The notes beneath the pieces were generated by a model that saw only the letters and a list, made by a program, of their open reading frames with translations, was not told the origin of the DNA and ran no database searches. Position numbers and translations under genes: made by a program. DNA of 63,791 nt, counting the filler, from Octopus bimaculoides (taxonomy: Eukaryota), in assembly GCF_001194135.2 (NCBI RefSeq). It is 6 parts of 5 records of this genome, joined end to end, with 100 filler letters (N's around TTAATTAATTAA, not from the genome) between each part and the next. Parts side by side here need not be neighbours in the genome. Positions count along the whole stretch, not along the records: positions 1 to 10,619 come from NC_068989.1; positions 10,720 to 25,120 come from NC_068991.1; 4 more parts are not named here. One strand, given 5' to 3'. Positions 10,200 to 21,935 of the stretch are shown here, piece by piece. Position 1 is the stretch's first letter; each line of letters starts with the position of its first letter.

Positions 10200-10615
10200 T
10201 GTTGTAGTAACGCCGTGCGCATGCGTAGTCTCACGCATGCGTGGAATTAAACAAGCAAGCTTTCCCGCTTAATTCTATCTCTTTCTTGCTGGCCAGCAAT
10301 AGAGCATGGACGTGTCAGGCGGTGTCTCCAACATTCCAGCCTGGAGACAGTCTCTTTACGTGTATAGCTGTCACTCTCCATCTTTCGGACTTACACTAGG
10401 CAGCTCGCTTACATCTACACAACACCGTCCCAACAACTATACTCACACACACAGAAGCTGTAACAACTGTCAACAAGAACTAAAGATGTATATATTTACC
10501 ACTTGAATAAATGTTGTATAAGTTGATGGTCTGGAGTTCAGCGTTCCGTTATATTCTTAATTTTATATAGGAAAGTCAGGTATACATCTAATGATGTATA
10601 ACCAACTTTCCTATA
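10200..10615 (+). mobile_element. LTR-like repeat ending in a 50-nt hairpin
   Basis: Starts TGTTGTAG, has two CGCATGCG palindromes, AATAAA near 10506, and a terminal hairpin at 10566-10615. No TSD found. Confidence 0.35.
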
Positions 10616-10619
10616 ATGT

Positions 10620-10719
10620 NNNNNNNNNNNNNNNNNNNNNNNNNNNNNNNNNNNNNNNNNNNNTTAATTAATTAANNNNNNNNNNNNNNNNNNNNNNNNN
10701 NNNNNNNNNNNNNNNNNNN
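10620..10719. other. Artificial scaffold-joining linker
   Basis: N44-TTAATTAATTAA-N44, exactly 100 bp, with stop codons in all six frames. Confidence 0.95.
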
Positions 10720-10759
<40 letters not shown>

Positions 10760-12499
10760 GAGAGAATAAGTATCGGTCCTAGTGAGGTCAATTTTACTAT
10801 ATCCATTCTCTGAAATATCTGATTTAACTATTTAAAGGAAATTGTGAGCAGAGATGAAGATTGCAGATGGATGCATTCCTATAGAGGTAGAATAAAAGAA
10901 AATGTTGACCATGAATTAAGACACAGTGGAATGGAAGTAGCTCTTATTTTACTTCTAGAGCCAGGTTTCTTAACTCGGTATGATCTCATGATACATAAAC
11001 ATCCTGTATACATCTTTAGTCCTCTAAAATTTTTTCAGTAACGGTTAGACCACATTTCACTGATGAAGCCTAATAAAATGCAAACATAAACATATGTGAA
11101 GTTGTCACAATACTTTCAAAAGACTGGAAAGTACAACAGCTGAAATATTGTGACTACAATAATCAAGATGAGGACACTAGTTGCATATATTATTAGAATT
11201 TATTGATATGTAAATATATAAAACTATATTTAGTATATAAGAATTTTAATTTCTCAGCTCAGAAATTCAAAATGAAAATGATATAATTTGAAACCCTGAA
11301 ACTATATTCATGCTGTGGTCCTGAACAAAAAAACAAAAAAATCTGAACTAATAAATTGTCATAATTAACTAACATTTTTATGTAAACTTGTATTCTCTAA
11401 TGTTTAGGAGGAAATATTAATTTTCTTGTTTGTGTCGCTTCATGAGAACATATAAGTACATTTAAAGTTTATTTGTAAATGCCAAGTTGTTCCAACCCAC
11501 ATTCTTCCTAGCATGATTAGGTGATTTGCAATATAATGGGCTAATTCATTAATTAGCCGTCTCCTGTTTTGTAATTATGTATGTGTGTGCATATACATCC
11601 ATACACACATGAATGCACACACATGGGAAATAACAACAAAATTATAATATTTTTCCCATGCTAAGATAATTTTTTTAGGGTCTATCATAACTTCAGTGTG
11701 GACCATTACTCTAGTAGCCACCAATCACTTTAGTATTGGCCATCAGCCACTCCAGTTTGAAACAATACTACAGTACCAACACCCCCTAATCTATCAACTA
11801 CTTGCGTTGAGAGAACAACTATCCTTCCATTATGAAATATGAATGCACTCTATTTTTCTGTTGCTTACTCTAAATCAAATACATTCCCTTGGATTCGATA
11901 TAAGGTAAAAATATTTGTAAATCATTGTTCTAATTCAAACTAGCAGAGTTTAGGATATTCTCTCTTAGTTCTTTCTAAATACTTTTATTATGTTCATTCA
12001 GCTGAAATTGAGACAGTTGAAACTAGTTTTTGACTGCATGTTATTGTACCAAGCTAGCAAAGATCATTTTGATTAATTTCAGACATGTGGTTGAATGTGT
12101 TGTTAAGTTTATGTGACTGACATTAGCACAGTCAGTTGGTCTTAATCATATTAACTAATGAAGAAAGCTTAAGATATTTTGATTTATTTAGGTTATAAGT
12201 TTATGTAAAGTGGTTAGGGTAGGAATGTCGGGTAAAATAAATATTTTGTCCCTTGAACTTGTACTTTAATTATTTATTACATCAACAGGCCTATAAAACA
12301 TTACTACTATGCACTCTTGTATTTAGCAGATATGATTTGAATGTGTCAGTCTTTGTTTCATCAATATCTTTTCTTTCTTTTGGTGTCTGTTATGTTATTT
12401 CTTTCATCTTTGTAGAGTTGATGAAATAGCTACCAATCAAGTACTGGTATTAATGTTATCAGTGACACTCTATTCACAATTCTGTAGCCCTGTGCTTAT

Positions 12500-12810
12500 G
12501 GCAGAATTGTTAGCAAGCCAGGCAAAATGCTTAGCAGTACTTTGTATGTCTCTATGTTCTGAGTTCAAATTCCACCAAGGTCGACTTTGCCTTTGATCTT
12601 TTCAGGATTGATAAATTAAGTACCAGTCAAGTACTGGGGTCAATGTGATCGACTTACTCCCTCCCCACAAATTTCAGGCCTTGTACCTATATTATTACTA
12701 TTACTATCATTATCATTATTAATATTATTATCTGTTATGTTCTGAGTTCAAATTCCGCCGAGGTCGACTTTGCCTTTCATCCTTTCAGGGTCGATAAATT
12801 AAGTACCAGT
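12500..12810 (+). mobile_element. Two tandem tRNA-derived SINE copies with a Nin-domain-like core
   Basis: GTTCTGAGTTCAAATTCC..GGTCGACTTTGCCTTTCATCCTTTC.GGGTCGATAAATTAAGTACCAG occurs twice (about 12500-12690 and 12735-12810). The core resembles the Nin/Inv SINE domain from recall. Confidence 0.7.
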
Positions 12811-13029
12811 GAAAACAAAAAGCTTTCAATTCTCTTCAGTATACAAGCGGCCCTCAAAAAACTTTCTGTAATAAAAGTGGTTTGCAATGTAATTCGAAGT
12901 GGCCAGGCCTGGTCTAGTACTTTTTAATCTCTCAATCTAATGCCATATGAACTCTGATTCACAATAAAATAGACCCCCAAATGCACTGTGATATCTTCCC
13001 GCTGGTGATATTCCTCTACCCAGCGCACA

Positions 13030-13225
13030 CCATCAAAGTGTCACTGAGGTGCAAATATACGAAGCCCAATATACCCATCATGACTACCCATCTGATAAGG
13101 GCACACCAGGCATAAGCATCACAGGTATATGTACATGACATGGTGATCTCATATCAAAATAGACAGCATATGACCTTGCAGGTGGGGCCCAGTTAGAATT
13201 TTCTTAAGGTCAAGTAGCCCAATGT
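13030..13225 (+). mobile_element. Fragment of an interspersed repeat shared with 54550-54730
   Basis: CCATCAAAGTG..CTGATAAGGG(C/T)ACACCAG..CTTGCAGGTGG(G/A)GCCCAGTTA(G/A)AATTTTCTT is present at both loci. Confidence 0.7.
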
Positions 13226-13805
13226 AACTGAGTTAAATATGAATACATGCCTGCCAATAGTATTTTGAGAATGTGATCAAAGTAATTATATTGAAAATGA
13301 AATAAAAACAGCTGGATCATTGACTTTGGGAAGCATTGTTCTGAGCATTTTCACCATCATCATCATCATCATCATCATCTCTATTACTGTTGCTGTTATT
13401 TTCATCATTTTGTTTTTTTATGAAACTTGTTTCATGAACAAATGGTTCTTGACTTTGATTAGCACCTTTGGTGGGTTTAATTCTCTAAGATTTGTTTGAA
13501 ATATATATTTTTATTTCCTTTGAGTAAGAAAATTCTATCCTTAATCAGTCTTCCAGTTTAATATTATCACCTGGTCCTTTTAGTGGCATCTGCTCTGTTG
13601 CAAGCAATTAGATCAAGTCTCCAATCTAAAGATAACTCAATATCTTGATCTGTTGCTTTGTACTGAAGCAACTCATCTGTCATAGTTTCTTCCTTCCTTC
13701 CTTTCTGCCTCCAGTCTTTAATGCAGAAAGATCATGGGTGCTGCTTTTCATCCTCTAAGCCCTTAAAAAAAGATCATCTTTTGCTCATGCAGTCATAGCA
13801 GATCA

Positions 13806-14191
13806 GTGGCGGTGCAATGGCCCAGTGGTTAGGGCAGCGGACTCACGGTCATAGGATCGCGGTTTCGATTCCCAGACCGGGTGTTGTGAGTGTTTATTGA
13901 GCGAAAACACTTAAAGCTCCACGAGGCTCCGGCAGGGGATGATGGCGAACCCTGCTGTACTCTTTCACCACAACTTTCTCTCACTCTTTCTTCTTGTTTC
14001 TGTTGTGCCTGTAATTCAAAGGGTCAGCCTTGTCACACTGTGTCACGCTGAATATCCCCGAGAACTACATTAAGGGTACATGTGTCTGTGGAGTGCTCAG
14101 CCACTTGCACGTTAATTTCACGAGCAGGCTGTTCCGTTGATCGGATCAACTGGGACCCTCGTCGTCGTAAGCGACGGAGGGCCAACAATAA
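13806..14191 (+). mobile_element. Full-length tRNA-derived SINE with RTE-like 3' tail and 12-bp TSD
   Basis: A box TGGCCCAGTGG, B box GGTTTCGATTCC, tail ..CGACGGAGGGCCAACAATAA. CATAGCAGATCA is duplicated at 13794-13805 and 14192-14203. Confidence 0.85.
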
Positions 14192-14809
14192 CATAGCAGA
14201 TCAAATAAGGCTCATACAAATCTGGAGTTACAATCACCAAAGATCTTTAGTTGTAAAACTTACATTATAAAAATGATGTAACAACAAATTTATCCCATCT
14301 CTTCCACAAACTAGTTTTGTTCCTGTTATCTTCTTGCTTTCAAACTCACAACAGTCCTTAGAATTCTATTACCATGAACCATCACGAGCACCCTTAAACA
14401 TCACTCTACATCTATACACTTATCTGTATATTTGCCGCCACTTTTCATTATACTTTTCAAGTTCCTATATTTTGTTAAGTAGGACTTATCTTTCATATTT
14501 CTTCTCCCCCTCACCGTACTTTCTCTCATATTTCTTTTAATATTGTTTTCTCCCTTTAGTCTCCTCTAGAAGACTATTGTTACAAACAGTCACATGAGGA
14601 CAATAGCATGACACTTATTTGTTGTTTTTTTTCTTCTCCCATCTCACTTGTTAGCTACTTTGGAAAATATTTTCACATGTCACAGATATGTTGCAGGATA
14701 ATGTTTTGTCTAGATGTTGGCTACTATGTAATGCTGTGCAGCATTACATAGAGTAGTGGTAGGTAATGGGGGCTCTTGAAACTGATGTTATAGTCTATAC
14801 CTATTAGAT

Positions 14810-15012
14810 CTTTTATCTTTTGTTTCAGTCATTGGACCGTGGCCATTCTAGGGCAGCACCTTGACCCCAGTGCTTCTGTCTTTCTTTTATTTTTGATACT
14901 TATTCTTTCAATCTCTTATGCCAAATCACTAAGTTATGGAGACATAAGCAAACCAGCACTGGTTGTCAAACAGTGTATGGTAGACAAACACAGACACACA
15001 CACACACACACA

Positions 15013-15054
<42 letters not shown>

Positions 15055-15212
15055 TGTATGTATAGAATGAGCTTCAACAGTTTCCATCTACCAAGTTTAC
15101 TCAAGGCATTGGTTTGCTTGGGGCTATAGTAGAAGACACTTGCCCAAGATACAGTGGGACTGAACCCAAAACTATGTGGTTGCAAAATGAGCTTCTTAAC
15201 CACACAGCTATG
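14810..15212 (-). mobile_element. OR-like CORE SINE
   Basis: Full head-core-microsatellite-tail layout in reverse orientation. Confidence 0.8.
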
Positions 15213-16069
15213 CTTTCACCTGTGTTTATTTATCTATTGACATCCTCAGAAACACAATTACTGCAAGATATTCAACACAGCTACTGTTAAACTTTCATAT
15301 TCAACTACACCAAACTAGCAAACAGTATTGTACAATTGTTTTGTTGTTTTTCACATTGCATTATATGTTTTACAATGGGATAAAGTTTGTTTTAACACAG
15401 TCATTGACCATGAATTTAAGTTTCATATTCTTGTGACACAGTATGACATTTTCATTGAGGCTTCTTCAACATTGCCAAAGCTTTGCTGCTATGCCATTTG
15501 ATTCAGGACATTTGTTCTTTTCCAGATCTCTCTCTCTCTCTCCCTCCAACACAATTTTGATGTCGATCATTTTGATTTCTTTCTGTTTACTTAACATCTG
15601 TTGTCTCTTTGTATAAAGATATAGCAGTATTTTTTTCCCCTTTCCCTTATGTCTTTCTCTTCATAAGCATATTACTATTTTTGTCTCTGATAACATCATT
15701 TCTTGGTGCAAATTTTTCTGGTTATTGACTTCACTGTTTTGGAAACATTTTTAATAACGCATGTTATTAAATTTATTTCAGTCTCATCACAAATTGTCCA
15801 TGCTTTTCTGGATTGGTTCTTTTCATCACAGTTTGAAATTCATGTTTTGGCTGATGATATCATTCTTTAAAATCAGATGTTTTCATACCAATGGTTTTTA
15901 CAGATCTTTCTTGAATTTTATTTTATACCTCTATTACTCACTTCAATTTTTTCTTTTTTTATGGTAAAAAATGTTTCTGTTATTTCAAAACCATGTTTTC
16001 AACTTAAATCCAGTTTTGAGTGGCTTTCTTCTTATTGTCAAAGTTTATCGATTTCTTTGTATTATTTTA

Positions 16070-16370
16070 ATAGGCACAGGCCTAGCTGTGTGGCTAAGAA
16101 GTTTGCTTTGCAACCCCATGGTTTTGGGGTCAGTTTCAGTGTGTGGCACCTTGGGCAAGTTTCTTCTATTATAGCTCTGGACCAACCATTGCTTTGTAAG
16201 TGAATTTTGTTGACGGAAACTGTGGAAGCCCATCATGTGTGTGTATTTTTTGTTCACCCCACTGCTTCATAACCAATGTTGGTTTGTTTATGTCACTGTA
16301 ACTTAGCAGTTCAGTAAAAGAGACAGATAGAATAAGTACCAAATTCAAAAAATAACTATGGAGGTCTACT
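16070..16370 (+). mobile_element. OR-like CORE SINE
   Basis: CTGTGTGG A-box region, GGCACCTTGGGCAAGT core and TAACTTAGCAGTTC tail segment. Confidence 0.8.
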
Positions 16371-16535
16371 GTTTTGAAGCTGTCCATCACAGCTTTTGTT
16401 TGCTCACTTGGAGTGTACTCCTCTAACCTTTGTCTTGAATAACTTTGTATTAAATTGTTTAATTTTACAAATGAAATGTTATAAGCTATCTTATTAACAT
16501 TGAATTAACATAAAAATTGTTTCTTTTTATTTCAG

Positions 16536-17731
16536 TGTCAGATGAAGCTGCTTACAATGAAAAGTTTGGATATGGAGAGAAGCAGATATCCAGTGCTGGC
16601 CTGGAAATAACCCACAATGGAAATTCGGAAATGGAACAAAGCACTAAAGCTGGAAACAGTTCTAAAGTGTCACATCGGAATAAGCGAAGATCTAAAACTT
16701 CATCTGTCCTGAAATGGCTTTCAAGGAAATTTCATTTATCATCTAAACGTATTGAGGAAGACTTTGACAGAGGTATTTGTCCTTCCCATAAAAACACAGA
16801 CACATTAACACATATCAAACACAATTATCCTCAGAAAGCTAGCAGTACTGGTAACTTATATTCTGATTCTGCGAATCGCTACTTAGGTGAAGTTTCAGAC
16901 TATGTAAATATCGGTAAATCAGAACACAGAAAGTCTGTTACATTAGAACCTGTTCTGTTGTCATATAAGTCATCAAACCATTTATCAGACTTAGATAATC
17001 ATAATTTAAGGAATTTTAGTTCGTGTGGAACACTTGAAATGTGCAACAGTGCAGAGAACAATACAATCATGACTTTCCAAACTAAATTAGTTGAGGGTGA
17101 GAGTGATGTCCTTCCGCAAAGTGACACTCCTTCTCTGTTACCCCACAACTCTGCTGTGACTGTAAAGAGCCATTCTGTGACATCAAGACTGTCTGAAGAA
17201 GCTGCTATTAAAATGCTCCCTTCTGAATTCCCCACTGTTTCAGTTTCAGAAAGAAATATGCCCCATGCAGAAAAATGTATCAAATTTCTATCAGAACATA
17301 ATTTTAATGAACAAAGCAAACAAATTTCAATTGCTCAAACTGAACGGAAAATGCAATTGTCTGTCTCACCTGTTATATCAAAATACCCTTCATCAAGTAG
17401 CCCCATCAGCAGTCTATGTAGCACCGAATGTGATTCAGCTATTGAAACTCTTAGTCCCGATGAGGAATGGCCAGAAATGAAGCCACACCTGGACAAAATT
17501 TTACCAAACAAAGATCCAACACACAAAACCACCAATACTGTACCACCCCTTGTTGTAATAACAGACTATGGAGACTCAACTAACGACCCAGTTGAGGTTT
17601 CTCATTTAAGAGGCTGCTGTGACCACTTGAATGCGAGCAACCGGAAACTTTCTGACTGTTCTGTAACATCAGATATATCTGATTACTCTACACTTTCAAC
17701 ATGTAGTTCAAGTGAAGAGTCATCACCTAAG
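16536..17731 (+). CDS. IP3K: Large internal coding exon, probably the N-terminal regulatory region of an inositol-trisphosphate 3-kinase (ITPKB-like)
   Basis: Open 1196-nt Ser-rich frame between acceptor TTTCTTTTTATTTCAG| (phase 1) and donor AAG|GTAAGC (phase 0). It ends VPPLVVITDYG-x20-RKLSDCSVTSDIS..SSEESSPK. This mirrors human ITPKB PAVIITDMG-x~17-RKLSSSSASS, which precedes the kinase domain (from recall). The kinase exons are not in this scaffold. The exon call is stronger than the identity call. Confidence 0.65.
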
Positions 17732-19169
17732 GTAAGCTTAATTTTTCATAATTAATATTTTAATAAACTAAAGGCTATTTGCCAACATAATGTGGCTGTC
17801 CTGGAAGGGATGACTTTACTGTTGTTTCAGCTCCAGGAAACATCATTTCTAGCTGGCTATACGACACAATATCTGTATCCTTATATTTTCGAACAGGGAG
17901 TTCAGCACTAGCACAATGGCTTTTAATGTTAGATACTGCATACAAAACTTTCTTACAGCCATTGTGTTTCACACACTTTCCCCCAATCTGGATGACAATA
18001 GATACCATCCTATTCATGGAAGTATAGAAAAAAAAACTGACCCAAAATTGTTTCCAAGATATAGTTTTTCAGCTTAAAAACAAAATACTTATAAGAATAG
18101 CATTAGAATTTATACATTTTTCTTGTTCTTTTTTTTTTAGAATTTGTGCACTTTGAGAATTCTTTTTTTTTTTTTTTTTTTTTTTTNNNNNNNNNNNNNN
18201 NNNNNNNNNNNNNNNNNNNNNNNNNNNNNNNNNNNNNNNNNNNNNNNNNNNNNNNNNNNNNNNNNNNNNNNNNNNNNNNNNNNNNNNNNNNNNNNNNNNN
18301 NNNNNNNNNNNNNNNNNNNNNNNNNNNNNNNNNNNNNNNNNNNNNNNNNNNNNNNNNNNNNNNNNNNNNNNNNNNNNNNNNNNNNNNNNNNNNNNNNNNN
18401 NNNNNNNNNNNNNNNNNNNNNNNNNNNNNNNNNNNNNNNNNNNNNNNNNNNNNNNNNNNNNNNNNNNNNNNNNNNNNNNNNNNNNNNNCCCAGTGACTCA
18501 TGGATGTAGGTATACCAAACAGTTATGTGATATACAAAAATATTAATATTGCAGGATTTTAGTGAAAAAGTTAGAGAGATTTGTATGTGTGTGTTTGAAA
18601 TAGGTACAATTAATAGGTACTTAATATACATAAGTACAACACGCTCTGATTATGCTGATTATAACTGTCTGATTATACAATATTGGTTTGCAGCTGATAT
18701 ACATCAGTCTTTTAACCATCTGTATACAACTAAGAAAGAACATTAACAGGCTTTCTGTTATATTTCTAATGTATTTTGACAAGAGTATTTTCATTACAGC
18801 CATCCAGTCAGGACAATTATCACTGTCATTATCCCTACCACTACCTCATGTTCCTCTAGCCTGCTATAATTCTATTTTCAAAGTGGAATTATATCAAGGA
18901 ACTATTTTTAGACTAAGGGAAACTACTCTGCATAAACCAAGAGTTCATTTACAAAGAGGAATTCGTACCTTTTAAAAGTGGTGTAAACAAAGCAAAACAA
19001 AATGTCTTAACATGAATAAAAATTAAGTTGTGGTTTTATTTTACTTGATATTTACTTCTCAGCCAAGACGCTTGTCATTTTAGGATATATTTTTGCAGGA
19101 GTATATTAATAATATTAGTATTTTTGTATATCATATAACTGTTATATGCTATAGATCTTTCCTGTAATC

Positions 19170-19990
19170 TGACCTGGATACAGTGCAATAATTGGATTGC
19201 TGATTGACAACCTAAGCTAGCTGTAGACAAAGGCATCTTTATATATTTTGTGAGGAAAAATCCAGAATCTATCTACTCTCTCCACAACACCAAGCTTAGC
19301 TGTCAGGTGAATGTGATTGAGGCACTATTGTCAACAATGATCAGAACTGGACAAATTAAATTTCTAAAAATCATCAAAAAGACAGAAAGCATCTTACCAT
19401 CACATCGTAAGACCTTCATCACCTGTTTACCAGCTATCTGTTTAAAGCCAGATGTGATTATGGTTTGTTTCCAGTCTAGAACCTACATGATGCCCAGAAT
19501 ATCAATCAGCTGGAAGCTGTCTAGATGTGCAACCAAGCAAATTCTCTTTATCAATCACCATGTCTTAAATGCATTGCCTCTCTGGGCATCAACACACTAA
19601 AGTTTCAACATCTAGCAGTTGACTTAGTAGAAGCCCACAAGATTCCATCAGGCATCTACCATATTCTGAATGCCTTGCTTCTCTGGGCATAAATACATTG
19701 AAGCTCTGACATCTGGCAACTGACTTGGTAAATACCTACAAAATTATTAACTGTTATGCCAACAACCACCTTGAGCACCTTTTTGAACTCCATGTGTCTA
19801 ACACACGTGGGCATGCCTACAAAGTCAGAAAACAGCACAGCTCCCATGACTTTTGGAAACATTTTCTCACTCTCTGAGTAGCTGAAGCACAGAACAAACT
19901 ACCTGCATCAGTTCTTAGCTGCCAAGACATTGCATCCTTTAAAACCTCCATGCTTCCTGAAATTCGCCAACACTACACCTGATATCCTCA
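19170..19990 (+). mobile_element. CR1/L2-type LINE 3' fragment
   Basis: Degenerate translation LGINTL..LAVDLVEAHK.. SNTRGHAYKVRKQHSSHDFWKHF..NKLPASV..IASFK, typical of the CR1-group ORF2 C-terminus. Confidence 0.75.
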
Positions 19991-20889
19991 CCTCCATACA
20001 CAATTCTATGTACTATACATGCGCCTTTTCTGTCGTTTTTGTTTTATTCTGTGTACTGTGCATTTACTTCTAGCTTTCATTGCTACCTTTCATTATCTAA
20101 CTTATATCTCTGTTTTCTGTCCCCTCTTTTAACCTATTCTGACAAGTTGTAGTGCACCTGAGCACTGTATTATTAGTATTTATCAGGTGATGTAGTATCA
20201 GTACTGACAGAACTAGGTACTATAAATATAAATATTTTATGATACCTAGTGTGTTGATTTGCATTGCTAAATATCAGTTACAATAGAACTGACTTTGTAT
20301 TTCTTCTTCTTGGTTTTGATAAACAAACACTAGATGGATTGACTAACAGATGGATTGACTAATATTACACAAAGTATTAGAGGTTATGTACCTGTATAAC
20401 AATTAGTAATCTGAATAAATATTTTCTTCAAATTCATCCACATTGTGTCTCTTCTTTGAATGACAAATTAGGTTTCTATAATGTTCTAGTTGGAATATTT
20501 TTTCTTATTAATACTGCTGAAGAGTGTTCAGTGAAGCAGAAACATTTTAAATGAAAAAAAAAATTTTTTTTTGTGTTTGTTTAATTGCTCTTATCATTTA
20601 CTAGTTTATCATACGTGAATAATTGNNNNNNNNNNCCCCCCCAGTCACACATCATGAAATGGACTATGATCAAGAGTGTTTCATTTTTATATTACTCCAA
20701 CTGTCTTTCAAGCATTATGTACTTTTTTTTTGAGGTAGTAGTGTGTCATTTGAGGGAGATTTGGCTGCTATTTCTAGCAAGCCAAGCAACCACATAGAGT
20801 TTCTCAATGGCATTACTGATAGTCCACAAATGAAGACCTACCTACAGATCTTCAAAATAGATCTCTGTCTGAGCTTTGATTTTCTGTTC

Positions 20890-21935
20890 AAATATCTGCA
20901 GTTAGTAGTTTGTAGGCTGGCTTTGTAGACTGTATTTCAGATGATAAATATCAGACATTATTAGCAAACAGCAGTTGTTAAGGATGCAGCTGCCGAGCCG
21001 GAAACTACAGCCTAGAAGACAAGCCTTGTCTTGAAAGATTTGTAGAACTCGACAAGGACGTCCTGCAAACTCTGGTGGAACAAAATTCCATTGTAACTGT
21101 TGAAGAACTAGCAGAGAAGCTTGGATTTGGTCATTCAACCATTCATCAACACCTGCGTACTATCGGAAAAGCCAGCAAACTGGGTCAATGTGTTCCTCAC
21201 AAACATTCTAAGTCTAATTGCGCGCAAAGAGTGAATGTGTGCTCTTCTTTGCTGTCACGTCTCACAAATGAACCTTTTTTTCGACCAAATAGTGACTGGT
21301 GATAAGAAATGGGTTCTCTATAAAAATGTTAAGCGCTGAAGACAGTGGGTAGGGAAAAGAAAAACACTGGCACCCCGGGCTAAAGGAGGTCTCCACCCAT
21401 ATGTAAGGTGTTATCTATTTGGTGAGATATGACAGGTTTAATCCACTTTGAGCTTTTAAACCCAAACCAAACGATAACAAAGAAGATCTGTTGCGAGCAG
21501 CCTAAGTCAGCGCTAGAAGAAAAACGACCATCTTTGGTTTCAAGATGAAAGGTGTTCTTCCATCAGGATAATGCTCATACGGTGAGGATGATATTCCAAA
21601 GGCTGGCACAGTTTGAATGGGAAACGATGCCCCACCCACTATATTCACTGGATATTACGCCATTTGATTATCATTTATTCTGCAGTCTTCAAAATCATTT
21701 GGACGGAAAAGATATGAATTCTGTAGACAAGGTCAGAACAGTACTGGAGGGGTATTTTTTGTTATGGACAAGAGAATTTTGGAAGAGGGGCCCTGCAAGT
21801 CTACCAGATAGATGGAAGAGCATTGTAGAAAATGAAGGAGAGTACATTTTAGATTAGAAAAGAACTTTGTTTATCTTAATTTTGAAAAATAAAAGAAGTA
21901 TAAAAAAACTGTATTATTTATGGGATGACCCAATA
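20890..21935 (+). mobile_element. Mariner element (Mos1/SETMAR-like transposase pseudogene) with right TIR
   Basis: AGNYSLEDK, TVEELAEKLGFGHSTIH, CVPH, IVTGDKKWVLY, FHQDNA, HPLYSLDITPFDYHLF, EGEYILD*. Several stops and frameshifts. Terminal TGGGATGACCCAATA ends at TA 21934-21935. Left TIR missing. Confidence 0.92.

Noticed and set aside
11055-11180. CTGATGAAGCC..GCAAAC and AAGATGAGGAC, hammerhead-like fragments (similar CTGATGA hits at 1524, 38390, 44750, 57675)
   Set aside because: There is no intact GAAA with a pairable stem II/III. At best these are decayed relics, and the 1524 hit lies in mariner coding sequence.
17775-18017. 80-aa minus-strand ORF faintly like a DEDDh exonuclease segment
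   Set aside because: Catalytic residues are absent, there are no splice signals, and it is antisense within the putative IP3K intron.
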